This document shows, piece by piece, positions 62,801 to 64,000 of a stretch of 64,000 nt of DNA; positions within the stretch are counted from its first letter, which is position 1; the number at the start of each line of letters is the position of its first letter. Source of the DNA: Asterias rubens (Eukaryota); NCBI RefSeq assembly GCF_902459465.1, contig NC_047080.1:11532001-11596000 (forward strand), written 5' to 3'. The notes under the pieces were generated by a model. That model searched no databases and was not told the DNA's origin. It was given only the letters and a program-made list of their open reading frames with translations. The translations under genes were made by a program, and so were the position numbers.

Positions 62801-64000
62801 ATCTTCTTTTGAGTAACAGTGGTTGCTGCAAACTGCGCTGAGGTAGAAGGTGTGACAAGTGGCGTGTACACCGTAAACCCTACTGGTATGGAGCCAATTG
62901 ATGTTTACTGTGACATGGACACCAGCGACGGTGGATGGACAGTAAGTGACATTTCAGGGCCCATTATTTCACAGAGCTGCTTCAACACATAGAAGCTAAG
63001 CATCTCATAACTATGCTTACTAGAATACGGTTACCTGCAAAAAAAGAATCCTTGTACAATAATCATGACGCAAAATTAAGATGCTCGTGACGTTCCCTTA
63101 AAGGTGTTCCAGAGACGTGAAAATGGCGCAACGGATTTTGAAAGAAACTTCAACGACTATGCAGAGGGATTCGGCGAGCTTGGTGAAGACTTCTGGCTCG
63201 GCAACAATGCCTTAAAGAGCATGACTGACCCTTCGGTTGGGTCATACAAGCTTCGTATTGATATGTGGGATTGGGCAGGGAACCACAGCTACGCTGAGTA
63301 CTCGGACTTCTCCATCACTGGGGATAACTTCGTACTTGGGATCGGAGAATATGGTGGAGACGCTGGTATGTAGGATAGGTTAAAAATTGCTCTTTTCAAA
63401 ACCACTACTTCGTTTCCAGATTCGGCTCAGGCTAGCTTGGCCCCGCGGTTGTTTTGGCAATTGCGCGTACTTTGCGTAGTCCATCAGGGCTTCAGACGAG
63501 AGGACGAAGGCTGAAGTCAAATACAAAGCCGAAGCTGGGTATTCGAAAATTGCATATGTGATACTGTGATACTATCCGACGTTTGATTTCATTTCTCTGG
63601 TATCGAACCCATGGACATTAAAGAAACACGTTGCCTTAGATCGGTCGAGTTGGTCTTTGAAAAGCGTTTGTAACCGTTTGTTTTAAAGACCAGGTCGACC
63701 GATCCAAGGCACCGTGTTCCTTCAAATTGACAAAATAGGGAGACCGCAAGCATTCGGGATATGGTTGTTGGTAGAGCGCCAGTCGCAGGTTCATCAAGTG
63801 CCGCTCTAGTAAATTTGTCTTGTTCAACCCTCAAATCAAATGATTAAAAACAAATGGTTTACACATTTTCTCCGAAAACATTTTGACAAATTGTATAAGC
63901 ATGCATTACTAATTCCCTCTTTATTTCCAGGTGATTCACTGACCTTCCATAATGGCATGGGTTTTACGACCATAGACCATGACGTGGACGAAGCTACCGG
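59839..64000 (+). CDS. Secreted fibrinogen-related protein with at least two tandem fibrinogen C-terminal (FReD) domains; truncated by the window end
   Basis: Coding exons 59839-59991 (signal peptide [19 protein letters not shown]), 60391-60511, 60726-60847, 61300-61561, 62151-62435, 62820-62941, 63104-63365, 63931->64000. The motifs VYCDM..DGGGWTVFQRR, GF...[13 protein letters not shown] and GDSL.FHNG occur twice; [12 protein letters not shown] and the end-of-domain EMKFR are seen in the first domain. Confidence 0.92.
63618..63725. mobile_element. Internally deleted 108-bp derivative of MITE family B
   Basis: Both TIRs of family B with almost all of the interior missing. Confidence 0.8.

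Noticed and set aside
32183-64000. A functional purine-catabolism or immune 'operon' linking the uricases, DPP7, SNAPIN and FReD
   Set aside because: The genes are on mixed strands with separate upstream regions, the downstream pathway genes (HIU hydrolase, OHCU decarboxylase) are absent from the window, and proximity alone does not show co-regulation.

Overview
AT-rich animal genomic DNA with spliceosomal introns, not prokaryotic. The gene set and repeats suggest an invertebrate deuterostome, possibly an echinoderm (inference). Splice-aware reading by hand gives six protein-coding loci. (1) The first coding exon of a KCNT/Slo2 Na+-activated K+ channel (-, 29780-29874); I found no second exon in the 29.7 kb downstream. 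(2) Uricase copy A (-, 6 exons, 300 aa, ends in the peroxisomal signal SRL). (3) DPP7/dipeptidyl peptidase 2 (-, 11 exons, 476 aa), with a duplicated, doubly frameshifted copy of exon 8. (4) Uricase copy B (+, 6 exons, 302 aa), which keeps the catalytic residues but ends in DKV with no PTS1. (5) SNAPIN (-, 4 exons, 156 aa), with a 20 x 35-bp minisatellite in intron 3. (6) A secreted protein with at least two tandem fibrinogen-like domains (+, runs off the window). Non-coding DNA is dense with TTAA-flanked MITEs, foldback elements, tRNA-derived SINEs and small tandem repeats, and there is one assembly gap. The best leads are the inverted uricase pair (PTS1 loss plus exon-2 gene conversion), the frame-restored DPP7 pseudo-exon, and minisatellites arising from a dispersed element. 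All coordinates, alignments and counts were done by hand, and no database searches were run.
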